64,000 bases of DNA from the NCBI RefSeq assembly GCF_009914755.1, contig NC_060942.1; one strand, 5' to 3'. This document shows positions 24,357-40,540 of this stretch, piece after piece. Below the pieces are notes generated by a model, which saw nothing but the letters and a program-made list of their open reading frames with translations, ran no database searches and was not told where the DNA came from. Position numbers and translations under genes: made by a program. The stretch's first letter is position 1. Each line of letters begins with the position of its first letter. The DNA is from the human T2T-CHM13v2.0 reference genome, Homo sapiens.

Positions 24357-25770
24357 CTGCATTCTTTATTAACAGTGAATTATCTTCTCATGGTCTGACA
24401 GAGTAATCATCTATATATTTTTAATTACACAATTCCTAAGAGATTTTCCTCCTAAATTCAGCAGTCTCCTTGGGTAGGAGAGGACAAAATAAGTCATTTC
24501 ACATTCTGTCCTCAGGTGCTTCCTGATGAAGCCTCTTTTGAACATTTCTGTCTGTAGCATTGGTCTTAAAGCCAGAACACAGGGAACAATAGGAAAAACT
24601 GTGATGAAAGACACATTTCCGACATGACTGTGAAAGGAACAAAATTATAGTGTAACTGGATGCTTCTTTCTGATATGAAGAGCAAACTGCAAAGCCATCT
24701 CTCAGATCCATGTGGGTTTTGGCTGGGGGCGCTGATGGACATAAGGCCAAAGATCTGGAGGTGTGAGAAAGTAACAGAGCTTCTGCCCCATGCCAAGGAG
24801 AGTGTTCAGGTTCTGTCTCTTCCTCTAAGCTAGTGACCCAGAGGTAGCTCTCTTGGCCTTGATTTCCAACCTTAACACTAGTATGGCTTTTCTTGCTACC
24901 TTGTAGCGTGGTTGGAAGAATGAGACAATGGCATGATGCTGTCAATGGAGGGGTTCCTGATACATTCTTATTCCTTCCATGATTTTTCCCCCAATTCAAA
25001 TTATTAAAATCAACTGGGAGGAGGGGCGGAATCCATCAAATAAAGAGCTTAAATGCTTACTTCGCTTTTTTGCAAATTCAAACAAAGTGAGAGGTTGTAT
25101 GATGACCCATAGGCTGGGGAAAAGGCTGCGTCCCATTCAAGCTGCTGCTTGTGGCTGCTGGGTCTTCCAAGGGCACTGTGGTGAAGGCTCTTGTCCGGCC
25201 TCTGCCCAGCAGCTCAGGGAAGGGCCACCACGCAGATGGCTTTTGGAAGGGTTTTGTTGTATGACTCCTAGTGAAAATTTAGGCTTTGCGAGTATGTAGC
25301 CCTGTGCTGGAGAATGCACTGGCATATCCCACGGGGCACGGCCCCTTGCTGGGCTGCTGCACAGAGGCCAGACAGGAGCTCTCGCCAGCAGCCTCATGGG
25401 GACAAAGAATCATAGTTGTTTTCTGAGGGTAGATTATCACTCTGCAGGCAGAAATGAGGCCCAAGAGCCATGGGAGCCAGTGCTACCCCATCTGATAAGC
25501 TTGCATGTCCCTGAAGCATGTTTCAAAGAGAAGTTAAATTGATGAAATGTAAGCTGCGTTTTTCCCTTAAGGCAGCTCTACCTGTGTTAGGTGGTGAGTC
25601 TTACTCTTTAGTGCCCAGGATGGGTGAGAGAAAAGGCCGTAACTCCTTTGAAATTGTGATGAAAGCATGGACCTTCCAAGGCTCCAGAAAAATACACTCA
25701 CATTTGCAATTTTGCACACAGACTTCAGGAATCCACAGAACTACTGGGCCTCTTCTGTAAACCACCTAAG

Positions 25771-25920
25771 CAGTGGTTCTCGCCCTTGGAGTCACATTAG
25801 AAATCGCCAGATGCCTGGGCCCTGCCTGGACTACCTACTAGATGAGAAGCAGCAGCAATCAATCCTTTCTGAGAGCTCTAGGGTGATTCTATGCATAGCA
25901 AGTGATGAGAGCTACTGTTT
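25771..25920. mobile_element. MER5-like hAT DNA transposon relic
   Basis: cagtggttctc ... gagagctactg terminal inverted repeats; cacattagaaatc and gggtgattctatgca internal motifs. Confidence 0.65.
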
Positions 25921-26649
25921 TAGGCTGAGAACGAGGCTTAACCATGGACTTGCATGTCTCTAAGCTATATGTTATGTGTTGGTTTTTTAAATGAATTTTT
26001 AGTTTATTGACATTGCCTGTGCCCAAGGTTTAATAAGTTCCTTAAGAAAAGCATCAGTCCTCAACAGTAACCATTTTTTAAGCTGTTTCTTGTTATTTAC
26101 CTCTACGTAGCAAAATGGTAGGCACATAGTCCTCTGTCTTCGTTCATTCTTTTTAGCGATTACCTGCTAGTTTCCTTTTAGGACAGATGAGCAGCCTTGT
26201 CTGCCACCCGTCCTTGCTCTCCTCCACCCTCCTGGTGTAGGTAGCTGGCCTCTTCCGGTTACATTCATATTCAGTGTTTTGATTCTTGTAAGTAGGTTGA
26301 ATATTGGCTGCTGAATCATTTTGTGTGTTGTTATTACATTTCCTTTCTTTTTACCATTTTTTTCTAGGAATTGATAAATTCCTCATTTTAGAATTTGTCT
26401 TGGATTCTTGGGTTCTGTTTAAGTGGCCCATACCCTCAAGCGTTCTGTGAAATGCATCATAGTGCAGTTGGTCGTGGGTGCCCTGTCCTCTCCTCTACCA
26501 CCTCCAGTCGTCTTCAGGCTGCAGGGCAGCTGCTCTCCTGGGACTTCCTTTCCCTGCTGTCTGCATAGCTCCTTTCTTGGTCTCTGGAGTTGGATCCCTT
26601 CATTCCTGGATCCCATTTTTTCCCCTTCACATACTCTCTTGCTTTGATG

Positions 26650-27090
26650 GAACAGAACTTTCAGTAATTGTCTGAGAAAGTGTGCGTGAAGACTACATTT
26701 TTTTTTTTTTTACTTTTCATTTCTGAAAATATCTTTCTTGTATTCTCATATTTGACTTATATTTGTTGGATAGAAAATTCTAGGTGAAAAGTAATTTTCC
26801 ATCTGAAATGGGAGGTATTGCTCTTCTTCTCTCCTGCCCACCATGGCTGTTGAGAAGCCTGATCTCATTTTGATGCTCATGGCTTTTATGAGAATTTCTC
26901 TTTTTTCCAGTGCATTGTGCAGTGCACTTGAAGAATCCATTCACGGCAGAGACCCATTTCCTGTAATGGAAAAATGTAATACATTAGTTATCTGATAACT
27001 TCCTCCTTTTGGTTTCCTCTTCGCTGTCTTTAAAACACTGCTGTGAGATTGATATTGGGCATTCTGGATTGATACTCTAATTTTGTTTTC
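26650..27090 (-). mobile_element. Ancient L1 ORF1 fragment (L1ME/HAL1-like)
   Basis: tctgaaaatatctttc...gatagaaaattctaggtgaaaagtaattttcc...gctgttgagaagcctgat is reverse ORF1 C-terminal-like. Confidence 0.55.
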
Positions 27091-27944
27091 CTATGTTCTT
27101 GAGGGAAGAATGGAGAAGGCCCTCACTGCAGCCCTGCAGCTGTTCATGCAGCATGGGGCCACATTTGCTTATGGAGAGAGCAGTTCTTCCACTCCCATCA
27201 GAACAGCAGGTGCGTACTAGGGCCCCCGTGCTCCTCCACAGCTCCCGCCCAGCTTGAGGGCCCAGAGCCACACTGGGCAGCAGACGCTTTCCATATAATG
27301 CTGACACTGTTTTCACCACACAGGTAGGCTGGCAAGGGCTCCATTTCAACCCTGGGAAACAAGCAAGGAAAGAGCTAAGGTGTGAGCTCTTGACAGGGGC
27401 CTGCCAAGCAAGTGAGATGCTCAATTTCCTTGAGCTTCAATCATACAGTTCTTCCTTGTAAAAACATTTTCCCCTTTAAATCTGAGCACAGTCTTCTCTA
27501 TTCTTTATATCACTTCTGTATGAGAAAAAAAAAGCTGAACCATGAATACTGCCTTAAACCTTGGTTTTCATGAGTTATCAAGGACTTGCATGTGGCACAG
27601 GTCATTGCTTAGAGATGATAACATCTTGAAGGTGACATAAGGTGTGGCACTCATTGAATATCCTTAATGATCTTATCTTTAGTTACCTCAAAACAAGCCA
27701 TAGATTCTGAGTTAAGAGTATGGATCAATTTCTTTAAGTAAAGCTCGTCTCTTAAATACCTGGCAATAATCTATTTCTTAATAGAATAAATTGTTTCCCT
27801 GGCCATGCCAGGATCAGGAAAAAAGGCTGTGGTTACCTGAAAACAAACAAACAAACAAACAACAAACTTCAAAGGCTCTGATTATCATCACAAATGTTTT
27901 GAATCCAGTCTGTCTTTTGTGAAGGAAAAAAATATTTTGTGATT

Positions 27945-28231
27945 CTTTTTGAGACAGAGTCTCACTCTGCTGCCCAGGCTGGAGTGCAGTGGCACGATCT
28001 CGGCTCACTGTAGGCTCCGCCCCCCAGGTTCAAGCCATTCTTCTGCCTCAGCCTCCTGAGTAGCTGGGACTACAGACACCTGCCACCTCTCCCAGCTAAT
28101 TTTTTGTATTTTTAGTAGAGATGGGGTTTCACCATGTTAGCCAGGATGGTCTCAATCTCCTGACCTCGTGATCCACCCGCTTTGGCCTCCCAAAGTGCTG
28201 GGATTACAGGTGTGAGCCACTGTGCCCGGCC
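27945..28231 (-). mobile_element. Alu (AluSc/Y-like), short tail
   Basis: Full dimer in reverse; TSD ttgt(g/a)attcttt. Confidence 0.97.
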
Positions 28232-28352
28232 TTGTAATTCTTTAAGCATGTGATTTCTAGTCTTACTGACAATCAGTGACTATTTAGGTATATTTTGAAA
28301 AATATTTAACTAAATTCTCCACAGACAACCAATATTTAAGATGGAATAGTAG

Positions 28353-28674
<322 letters not shown>

Positions 28675-29223
28675 TGAATTATTTAACTATATTTGAATAG
28701 TTAATTTTTAGGTGCGTCCCTGGCCTTGAGGAGAGGGATGGCTGCAGAGGGCATGTTCAGGGATAACGCACAGCTGCAAAACATATCTATGCCTAGTGTC
28801 AGCGTCCCTTCCTGGCGTGACTGTGAATAGATGTGGATATTGTGGGTAAAATCCGTACCTTCCTGCTGTGGGTACCCGGCCGCTGAGTGTACATGATTTC
28901 ATCGTCGTTTGCCTTAATTCTTTTCTGTCTGTTGTTTTCTTTATTTCTATATAGTTCAGCTGAGCATCGTGAATGCAAACAGCAGTGAGCCCGAGACCCG
29001 CGGGAAGAAGAAAGACAAAGGAAAAGCAGCAATGTCCGAGAGCTGGGAAGCAGCCAATAAACAGAGCAGGAGCCTTTCATCGGCACTCCCTTCCCTGAGT
29101 TTGTATGTGTCCAGCTGGATGGTGGAAGAGGAACAGCTTAAATGTGACACCTTAGAAATAGTTTGTACGAGATCTACCATTGTGGTGCCATCCTGTGGTA
29201 CAGACATTTGATACAATGGTTGA

Positions 29224-29580
<357 letters not shown>

Positions 29581-30456
29581 TTTTTAAGGAATTTTAATTC
29601 AAGATTTTATTTTTATTCTAGAGTCACAAACTTTTAGTGCAGGAATGGATTTTACTCACCCCTGAGTCCCACCCTCATTTTGCTGAAGGGATGGTGGGTG
29701 TGGAGAGATGTAATTGCTCACCTAACATTGTGCATTGAGCTTGCGCGGGGTCGAACGCATCTCCCGAAGCCCCCAGCTTCTCATCCAGGGCTTCTCACGG
29801 GCTGTGCTGTCTCAGGGAGGTCTTGGGTTTCTGGCTAGGCACCGGCATAAACTTGGCTAAGGACAGTAAATCGACTCACTATAGGAATTTATTTCAGGAC
29901 ATTCCAACCAGAAAAATTAGGAGTGTGTGTGTGATCTTGGGGTTTAGTGTTGGTTGTTACAACTTTCTTTTCATGCTTTAAATTATTCTAAAACTTAAAA
30001 ATATATGCGGAATTACTTTCAGATAAAAAGAAATTCGTAATGAGTAAGCACAGAGGTGAAAGGCGGACGACAGGTTTGAGGGAGCAGCTGTCACGCTGGC
30101 GCTCCACACTTCTGGCCTCAGCCAGGCCTGAGGCTCACGAGGAGACAGAACTCATAATCATTTTACATAATGCCAATTGTGATGTAGGCGTGGAAAAGAA
30201 GTCAGTCCCAGCCTAGGCCTCGACTGACACACACAAGGCACTACTCTCCCAGAGGGGTTCAGCATGGTGCCCTCAGCCGATCCTAGAGCCAAAGGGCCCA
30301 TGGACGAGCGTTGCTCAATGTCTGCAGAGTGTTCCAGCAAGGTTCCCAGCTCAGACTCCAGCTTTGGATAAAGAACACTATTTCTTTAGTTCTTTAGCAA
30401 AATTAAACTTTGTGTTATCTGCTGCAAGAGCACCAAGGGGGAGAAATCAGTTAATT

Positions 30457-30753
30457 TTTTTTAAATTTTGAGATGGAGTCTTGCTATGAAGTGATGTGAT
30501 CTCGGCTCACTGCAACTTCTGCCTGCTGGGTTCAAGTGATTCCCTGCCTTAGCCTCCCGAGTAGCTGGGACTCCAGGTGCCTGCCGCCACACTCAGCTAA
30601 TTTTTGTTTTGTTTTGTTTTGTTTTGTAATTTTAGTAGAGACATGGTTTCACCATATTGGCCAGGCTGGTCTCGAACTCCTGACCTCAGGTGATCCACCT
30701 GCCTCGGCCTCCCAAAGTGCTGGGATTACAGACGTGAGCCACCGAGCCTGGCC
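30457..30753 (-). mobile_element. Alu (AluSx-like) with short deletion in the right arm
   Basis: Reverse Alu lacking cccaggctggagtgc; TSD aaatcagttaatt at 30444 and 30754. Confidence 0.95.
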
Positions 30754-31140
30754 AAATCAGTTAATTATATTAGTATTTACGTGGTCTTAAGATCTTAGCT
30801 TAATGAACCAAATGTGATTTGTCAAAATTGACAACTGGGAAGGAAGGCCAAGAATCTGAAAGAAAGACCAGAGATTATGCACAAACTGGAACAGCAGAGT
30901 AAGTGATGGTCAATGAGTTCTATTACCATACTCTTCAAGTAAACTACCTCAGAGAAACTTTGTTAGGGTTTTTAAAACATTATCACTATTATTTGTTAAG
31001 ACTAACACAGATTTTATGGAGGAACAGATTATATCTATAGACATTAGCTTAAAGCATAATGCTAAACTATTGTTTCATAAGTAGTTCTCACTTCTTGACT
31101 GTGTCCTGATGGTTTACTCTGCATTTGAGGTGTATTTTCC

Positions 31141-31146
31141 AATAAA
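31141..31146 (+). terminator. Candidate polyadenylation signal AATAAA
   Basis: Ends a unique AT-rich, UTR-like stretch (30950-31165) just before the repeat-dense block begins. Confidence 0.35.
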
Positions 31147-31455
31147 TGGACTTTATTTTACTAAGATCAAACATCTTAAGAAATGTGATTATGGGGCAAT
31201 AGAAAAGGTCTTTCCTCTAAAAGTATCTGCTCTACTTGCTGTGAATATTCTTCCCTTCTCTGCTTTTCTGCTTTAAATTTCTCCTCATAAAGGTTCATTA
31301 TGTTAACCAAGTTGTCTTTCAGTGAATACCCAAGTGGACAAGGCAGACTTCTGATCATGCAGCATCCACATCTTCATGTTCATGAGGCAAATAACCTCCT
31401 CTTTTCTAGCACTGGGGCACTGGAGTGAGGGTGAGTCCAGAAGGAAGGGATGGGA

Positions 31456-32080
31456 AGAGAGATAAAGTAGACATCAGAGAAAAAAATTATCAGAGACATA
31501 GAGGAGCATTATATAATGATAAAAGAATCAATCCAGCAAGAAGATATAACAATTCTAAGTGTGTATGCATCAAACAACAAAAATGTAAAATATGTAAAGC
31601 AAAAACTCATGGACTTAAAAGGAGCAATAGACAAATCCATAATTATAATTTGAAATTTCAGCACCCCTCTCTCAACAATGGTGTATTCATACAATGGAAT
31701 ATGATTCAGCCTTAAAAAGGAAGGAACTTCGGACACATGCTACCACATGGATGAATCTTGAAGACATTATGCTCAGTGAAATAAGCTAGTTACAAAAGAA
31801 CAAATATTGTATGATTCCACTTATATGAGGTGCCCAGAATGGTCAAATTCAGAGAGACAGGAAGCTGGTTCGTGGTTGCCAGGGCTGGGGTTTTGGGATG
31901 GGGGTGATAGGGAGTTGATGTTTAATGAAGACAGAGTTTCAGTTTGTGAATAGATAAAGTTCTGAAGATGGATTGCAATAGTATCAATACAATATGCTTA
32001 ATGCTACTCAACTGCAGACTTAAAAATGATTATGATGGGAAATTTTATGCTATGTGTATTTTACCACAATTTTTAAAAAG
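31456..32080 (+). mobile_element. L1 fragments: ORF2 endonuclease piece (31456-31678) abutting an L1MB-like 3' end (31678-32080)
   Basis: cattatataatgataaaagaatcaatccagcaagaagatataacaattctaa; then catacaatggaatatgattcagccttaaaaagg...tgtattttaccacaatttttaaaa. Confidence 0.85.
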
Positions 32081-33526
32081 TACATGTAGCGATCACTTGG
32101 GTTCTCAATAAAGGCCAATTGAATAAAAAATAATAAATTATAACATACCGTTCGGATTATTAGCCAGGTAACACTGCCTCTGGGGAAGGTAAGTGAGTAG
32201 TTGGAGGATAGTCTGTGAAGGAGACCATTGTGTGTCATTCTCCACCTTTTGAATTTTGAACAAGAGGTTACTTATTCAAAAGTCCAAAAATTAAAATAAT
32301 AAAAAATTAGAAATACGCATTTTGAAATAATTGCAGTTGTTTGCTGTTGGGCCAGAGAAACTAGAAATAAACATATAATTGAAACATGTATCAGAAAAGG
32401 AAATATGAATGGTTCTTAAACAAATAAAAATGTTGCACTTTATTTATGATGTGAGAAAGGAATATTAAACCTACATGGAGAAGGCATTTTGCGCCTTCGA
32501 GATTGACAAAATCAAAAAGTTCAGTAATCCGTCCTCTTTTTGCGATGCTCTGGTGAAAGAGACATCCTCATAAATGGCTGGTGTGAGACTCAACTGGTAC
32601 AACTGTCTTGAAGGAAATTTGGTTATAACTACCAAAACTAACATATGTGGCACACCCAAAATAGAAATGGTGAACCTTATGCACTTGATGGCAGCATCAA
32701 CCCTGTTGCCCAGGCTCAGAGCTTACGCACTTCAATTTTACCATCACTGCTTATGAACTTGGTATTTGGTGACCTGCTTGTTTTTCATTCCACTGCTGTA
32801 CATAAATAGAAAAGGAAGATTAATAGAGACAATGTCCTTGTCAGCAGCAAGAAGCAACGGCTCACAGGCAAATAAATACTAAAACCATAAGTACATTCAC
32901 ACATCATAGTTGCTTAACACAATGCTGTTGAATGAATGGGTGAATAACCAAACTTAAAAACAAGTCTATCCACAGTCAGTTTCACAGCAGTTCATGTGAA
33001 AAGACTTGGATGTTTTAGTTATCTAAGTGTAGAATAAGAGTCAAGAATTAGCGCTACATTAGGTTAAGTAAACTGTTTCATCCAGTGATGGTTTGATTGC
33101 AAGGAACAGAACTAATCTTGGCAACTTTCAGTAGGGGCATGTGTGTATGCTTTGAACAAATGTAGGGCTCATTGAACTAGTTCTTCCACTTCTAGAGATT
33201 TTCTCAGATACGCTTTCACACGTATGAGATGGAGTGGGTTCAGGTTATCCATTGCAGAATTGTTCATAACAGCAAAGGATTAGAAACAACACAAGTGCCC
33301 ATTGACAGGCTACTTGAATAAATCAGGGTGCACCCCTGCAGTGGTGACAAGCCAGTCATGAGAAGGGGTGAGAGTTAATGCAGAAAGATATGTAATACAA
33401 AGATCTGCACACGAGGAAAATAAAAGTGAGGAAGCGTGTGTAAGAAATGCCATCTTCTGCCTATAAAAGGGGGATAGTCATTTATTTTTTATAAAGCTTA
33501 CATTTGCATAAGAAAGTCTGAAAACA

Positions 33527-34208
<682 letters not shown>

Positions 34209-34284
34209 TATATATAAGGTAGAATTGGTCACATTGGGAGAGGACTGGGTGGATAAGGCCAAGATGGAATTAAAACATTGCTAT

Positions 34285-34385
34285 TTCTAATAAAAATATA
34301 ATACAAATAATATTAATATTATTTATTAATATTTATTATTAATGTTATTAATAAATATTATTAATACATAATATTTATTATTATT
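34285..34385. repeat. AT-rich low-complexity tract
   Basis: aataatattaatattatttattaatatttattattaatgttattaataaatattattaatac. Confidence 0.85.
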
Positions 34386-34724
34386 GATTCATTTGAATAT
34401 AATACCCAAAACTAAATACATTTTAAGAAAGATTTAAAGACTTGGGTTTTAGAAATAATCTTAACAGATGAGGAACCAGAGGTACCAAAAACACACGATT
34501 TGCCAAAGCTCACTGAAATTAACAGCTAGTACGTGAAGAAATTGAGGTAAGCCTTCAGGTCTTTTGATTCACTGTGGTTTTTTTCCTGCATGGATAATTT
34601 TCTATTATTCTATGCCTTCCTTTCCTGGGTGCTAAGTAGTCATTTAATTTAGTAATTAATATTATTGATTTTCTGTAAGAAATATTATTGATTTCTTGTA
34701 AACAAGTTCAATTTACTCCTGTGA

Positions 34725-35420
<696 letters not shown>

Positions 35421-36266
35421 ACTCCTTTCTATTCTCATTGTCCTTCCATCCATACATTGACTCGTCCAGCTCATTCCTGTCTCAAGACTTGGCACTGATT
35501 CCACTTGCCTGGAACATGCTTCCTTCTGATTTTCAAGTGTCCGATGCCTTTTCATTCAGATCTTGGCTTCAGTGTTACCTCAGATATGGCTTCCCTGACA
35601 TCCTACCTAAAAGAATCAACCCCAAACCATCCCCACCTGCAAATAACTCACTCATTACTCTGCTTTATTTCTTCATCACATGTATTTTGGTGAAGGAATG
35701 GATTAATAAATTGGTCGTTAACAGCCACACTTTCTTTGCAGATGATAATCATTTTATCTCGTGGATCTGGTCCTGTTTCCAGTAGTCACACTGCTCTGGC
35801 ATGGTGCTGGCATCAACTCTTCATAAAACTGCCAGATCCAGATCTTAGCCAACGTTAAATTCTTGGCGAGGGCCTTGCGAACCTTCTTAGAAATTACCTT
35901 ACAATCTTAACAACCAGAAGAAAAAAAATAAAGGTGAACCTTGTTCATGATGATCTGAATGAACAGAATTATTTCACCACATCCTTTCTGGAAATTGTTT
36001 CATTATATTTTCAGAGCAACTAGTATTCTATGTGTAATTTTTATAAAACAAAACAAAACTAAATCAAAAGTACAGGGCCAAATAAAAAGAGTTGAAAAGA
36101 AAGCTTGGCCTATTTAACTTTGGTTATAGATGGGCAGAAGATAAGAAAAAATGTATTGGGTTTGCTATCAATGTGAAAGGGAACTAATTCCTTATAATAA
36201 GGAATTTTATGAGAGAGAGAGAGAGAGCACTTAAAACTATATTCCTGGTTGGTATGTGGGGAATGA

Positions 36267-36582
<316 letters not shown>

Positions 36583-39169
36583 TGATTAAATTTTAATCAA
36601 AATATGTATTTATTAATATCTGTCGAGTCCTACATGCATACACTAACCCAATCCATCTTAGATCATCCATATACATGCATACATTTCTTTTGCTATAAAA
36701 CGTTTATTAAAACGTTTCTCCACTGGGTGAAATCTAGAATCTATATTGAGCTTTAAGATCTTTATGTTCCAATATTTCCAATCCTATCACTTCCCTACAC
36801 AAATCCTCTATTTTATTCTGTTCATTTCTCCTAGAATTTGCACAGTACTTTTTTTCCCCCCTGAAATATTTTCCTTCTTCATCAGTTCTTCAAGTTCTGT
36901 TCATCCTTTAGGACTAGTTTGATCCGCAACTTTCACGAAAAGTGGGGTTTGACACGCACTTTTCATGTGAGGTTGATGTGAAAACTCTTATGTCTACCAA
37001 CATACTCCCAACAGAACAGTGCTGTCACCCCACAGAAGTGCCACGTGCTGCCCCTGTGCAGTACCCCCTTCCTCTTCTCTAACTTGGACAGTCAGGAACC
37101 TGGGTTCTGTCCTGTCCTTTTGCCATTTCCTGAATGTCATGTGAAAGGAATCATACATGTGGTTCTGACTTCCTTCACTTTGCACAATATAGTTTCACTC
37201 ATTCCATTATGTGCATCAAAAGCGTATTCCTTTTTATTACTCAGTACTCTATCAAACAAATGGAACACTGCTTATTCATTTAACTGTTGAAAGGCATTCG
37301 AGTAGTTTCAGTTTTTAACAATTATTAATAAAACTGCTATAAACATTTGTATATGTGTGTATGTAGGTCTTTGTGAGAACAGAATTTTTCATTTCAGTTG
37401 TGTAAATATCTAACAGTGGGATTGCTAAGTGGTATGGAAAGTGTACGTTTCAGTCTATGGGAAACAGTCAACAGTATTTCCAAGTGGTGTACCATTTTGC
37501 ATTCCTATCGGCAAAGTGTGAACATCCCAGTTGCCTGGAATCCTCATCAGCACTTGGTATTGTCAGTTTTTATTATTTCAGCCCTTATATTAGGAATGTA
37601 GTGGTATCTCATCACAGTTTTAATTTGCATCTTGTAGTGACTAAGAATGTTGAGTATCTTTCCACATGCTTCTTTGACAACTGTATATCTTCTGTAATGA
37701 AGTATATGTTAAGATCTTTTGCCAATTAAAAAAAAAACTTGTTTCCTTTCTTGAGTTGAGTTTGGAGATTTCTTTATATATTTTAGATACAAATTACACA
37801 TGTGATCTGTAAATATTTTCTGCCAGTCTATGACTTGTCTTTTCACTTGACAAGCCATCAGTTTTTCCGTTTATGGATTATGTTTTTGGTGTTCTAAATT
37901 TCTTTGCCAAACTCAATGTGAATCATATTTTCTCCTGTTTTCCTCCAAAAGTTTATGGTTTTATGTTTTATATTTGGGTCAATGATCCATTTTGAGCTAA
38001 TTTTTGTATAAGTTGTGAGGTATGTGTGAAATTTATTTATTGATAGCATATGGATGATGATTTTTCCAGCACTATTTGTTAAAAAGACTATCCTTACTCT
38101 ACTGAGCTCCCCTCACTCTTTTATAAAGAATCAGTTGATCATACCTGTGTGAATCAACTTCTGGCTCTCTTTTTAGTTCCATTGGACTATGTGTCTAATC
38201 TTTTGCCAAAAGCATATTGTCTTGATTGTTGTAGTGTTATAGTACAGTATATAATATAATATAGCCTTAAAATTGAGTAGTGTGCATCTTCAGCCTATTT
38301 TTGTTTTATTTCAATATTGTTTTGACTATTTTAGGTCTTTTGCCTTTCCTTATACATTTTAAAATCAACTTGTAGATATTACAAAACTGTTGGGATTTTG
38401 ACTGAGATTTCATAGAATTTATAAATCAAACTGTGAAATTTAACCTCTTAACAATATTGAGTCTTCCATTCCATGAACATAGCACATCCCTCCATTTACT
38501 TAAGTCTTTTGTGGTTTTTTACACCAATGTTTTATAGTTTGCAGATACAGATCCTGCATATGTTTTGTTAGATTTATACTTAAATATTTAGTATTTTATT
38601 TTGGGAGTGCTATTTAAAATGGTATTACTTTTAGAATTTTAATTCCAATTCTTTATTGACAGTATAGAGAAATTTATTTGATTTTTTAATATTGATTTGG
38701 TGTTCTGTGAACTTACTAAACTCACTAATTTGGTAGTAATTTGTATATTCTTTGAAATTTTTACAGCGATAATTACATCAACTTTAAAACAGTTTCATTT
38801 ATTTATTTCCAATCTGTCTGACATTTATGTATGTATGTATGTGTGTATGTATATATATGTGTTTTGCATTATTACATTGACTAGAAATTCCAGTTAATAT
38901 TGAATCTTAGAGAATTTATGATGATAGCTATAGGGGGTATGTAAATGTCCTTTTTCAGGTTAAGAATGCTTTCATTTTTCCTAGTTTGCTGAGAGGTTTT
39001 ATCATAAATAGATGTTGAATTTTGTTACATGTGTTTTCTGTATCAGTTGAGATGATCATATGTTTTTCTTTTTTGTCTGTTAGTATGGTGAGTTACATTG
39101 ATTGCTTTTCAAAAGTTTAAACTGCCTTGCCCTCCTAGAATAAACCTCAGTTGGTTATGATGTATAACC

Positions 39170-39451
39170 TTTTTTTTTTTTGAGACAGTTTTGCTCAGTC
39201 CCCCAGGCTGGAGTGCAGTGCCTGCGATCTCAGCTTACTGCAACATCTGCCTCCGGGTTCTCCTGCCTCAGCTTCCTGAGTAGCTGGGATTACAGGTGCA
39301 TGCCACCACGCCTGGCTAATTTTTGTACTTTTAGTAGAGATGGAGTTTCGCCATGTTGTTCAGGCTGGTCTCGAACTCCTGACCTCGTGATCTGCCCGCC
39401 TCAGCCTCCCAAAGTGCTGGGATTATAGGCATGAGCCACCGCGCCTGGCCA
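39170..39451 (-). mobile_element. Alu (AluSg-like)
   Basis: Reverse dimer with small deletion. Confidence 0.95.
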
Positions 39452-40155
39452 ATGTATTATCTTTTATGTGTATTGCTGGATTCAGTTTGCTAAATACTTT
39501 GTTGAGGATTTTTGTGTCTTTGTTATGAAGGATATTAGTTTGTAATTTTTTTTCTATGGCAATATTGTTGTATGGTTTTGGTATTAATATAATGTTGGCA
39601 TCATACAGTAAGTTAGTGTTCCCTCCTCTAGACTGTATAATAGAATTGGTATTATTTCTTCTGTAAATGTTTTGTAGAATTCATGAGCAACAGTTTTGGG
39701 GGAAGATTTTCAACTACGAATTTAAAGTATTTAATAGATTTAGGACTATTCAGTTTATCTATTTTTCCTTAACTGAGTTTTTGCTTATGTCTTCAAAATA
39801 GTTGTTCTGAATCATGGACATTTTTGTACTATTGCATTGGCTAGATTTGTGAGTATAGAATTTTTTCTAGAATATATTTATAATCCTTTTTCTGTCTAAG
39901 GGGGCCGTAGTGATGACATTCTCTCCTTCCTGATATTGGTTAATTTGTGACATTCATTTTTCTCTTTGTGGTTAGAGTGTATCGATTTTATTGATTTTTT
40001 TCTTTCAAAAAACCAAAAATAAATTTCACTTTCATTGATTTCTAATCTTTTCTATTTTTTTTCTGCTTGCTTTAAATTTAATTTCTCTTTATTCTCTGCT
40101 ACCTTAAAGGTGGAAGCATAGATTGCTGATTTGAGACCTTTAATCTTTTTAAATA

Positions 40156-40540
40156 CAGGCATACCTCATTTTATTGCACTTTGTTTTATTGCACTTCATA
40201 AATATTGCATTTTTTACGAATTGCAAGTTGTTGCAACCCTGCTTTGAGCAAATCTATCAACTCCATTTTTCAACAGCATGTGCTCACTTTGTATTTCTGT
40301 GTCACATTGTGGTAATTATTGCAATATTTCAAATCTTTTCTTGACTATTGTATCAGCTATGGTGATCTGTGATTAGTGACCTTTGATATTACTATTGGGG
40401 GTACCACGACCCACTCCCATCTAAGATGGTGAACTTAACTAACAAATATTATGTGTGCTGATTACTCCACTGGCTGGCCATTATCTCATCTCTCTCTCCT
40501 TGGGCCTCCTTATTCTCTGAGATGCATTAATATTGAAATA
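40156..40540 (+). mobile_element. Tigger1 DNA transposon 5' fragment
   Basis: TA|caggcatacctcattttattgcactttgttttattgcacttc matches the Tigger1 terminus. Confidence 0.88.
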
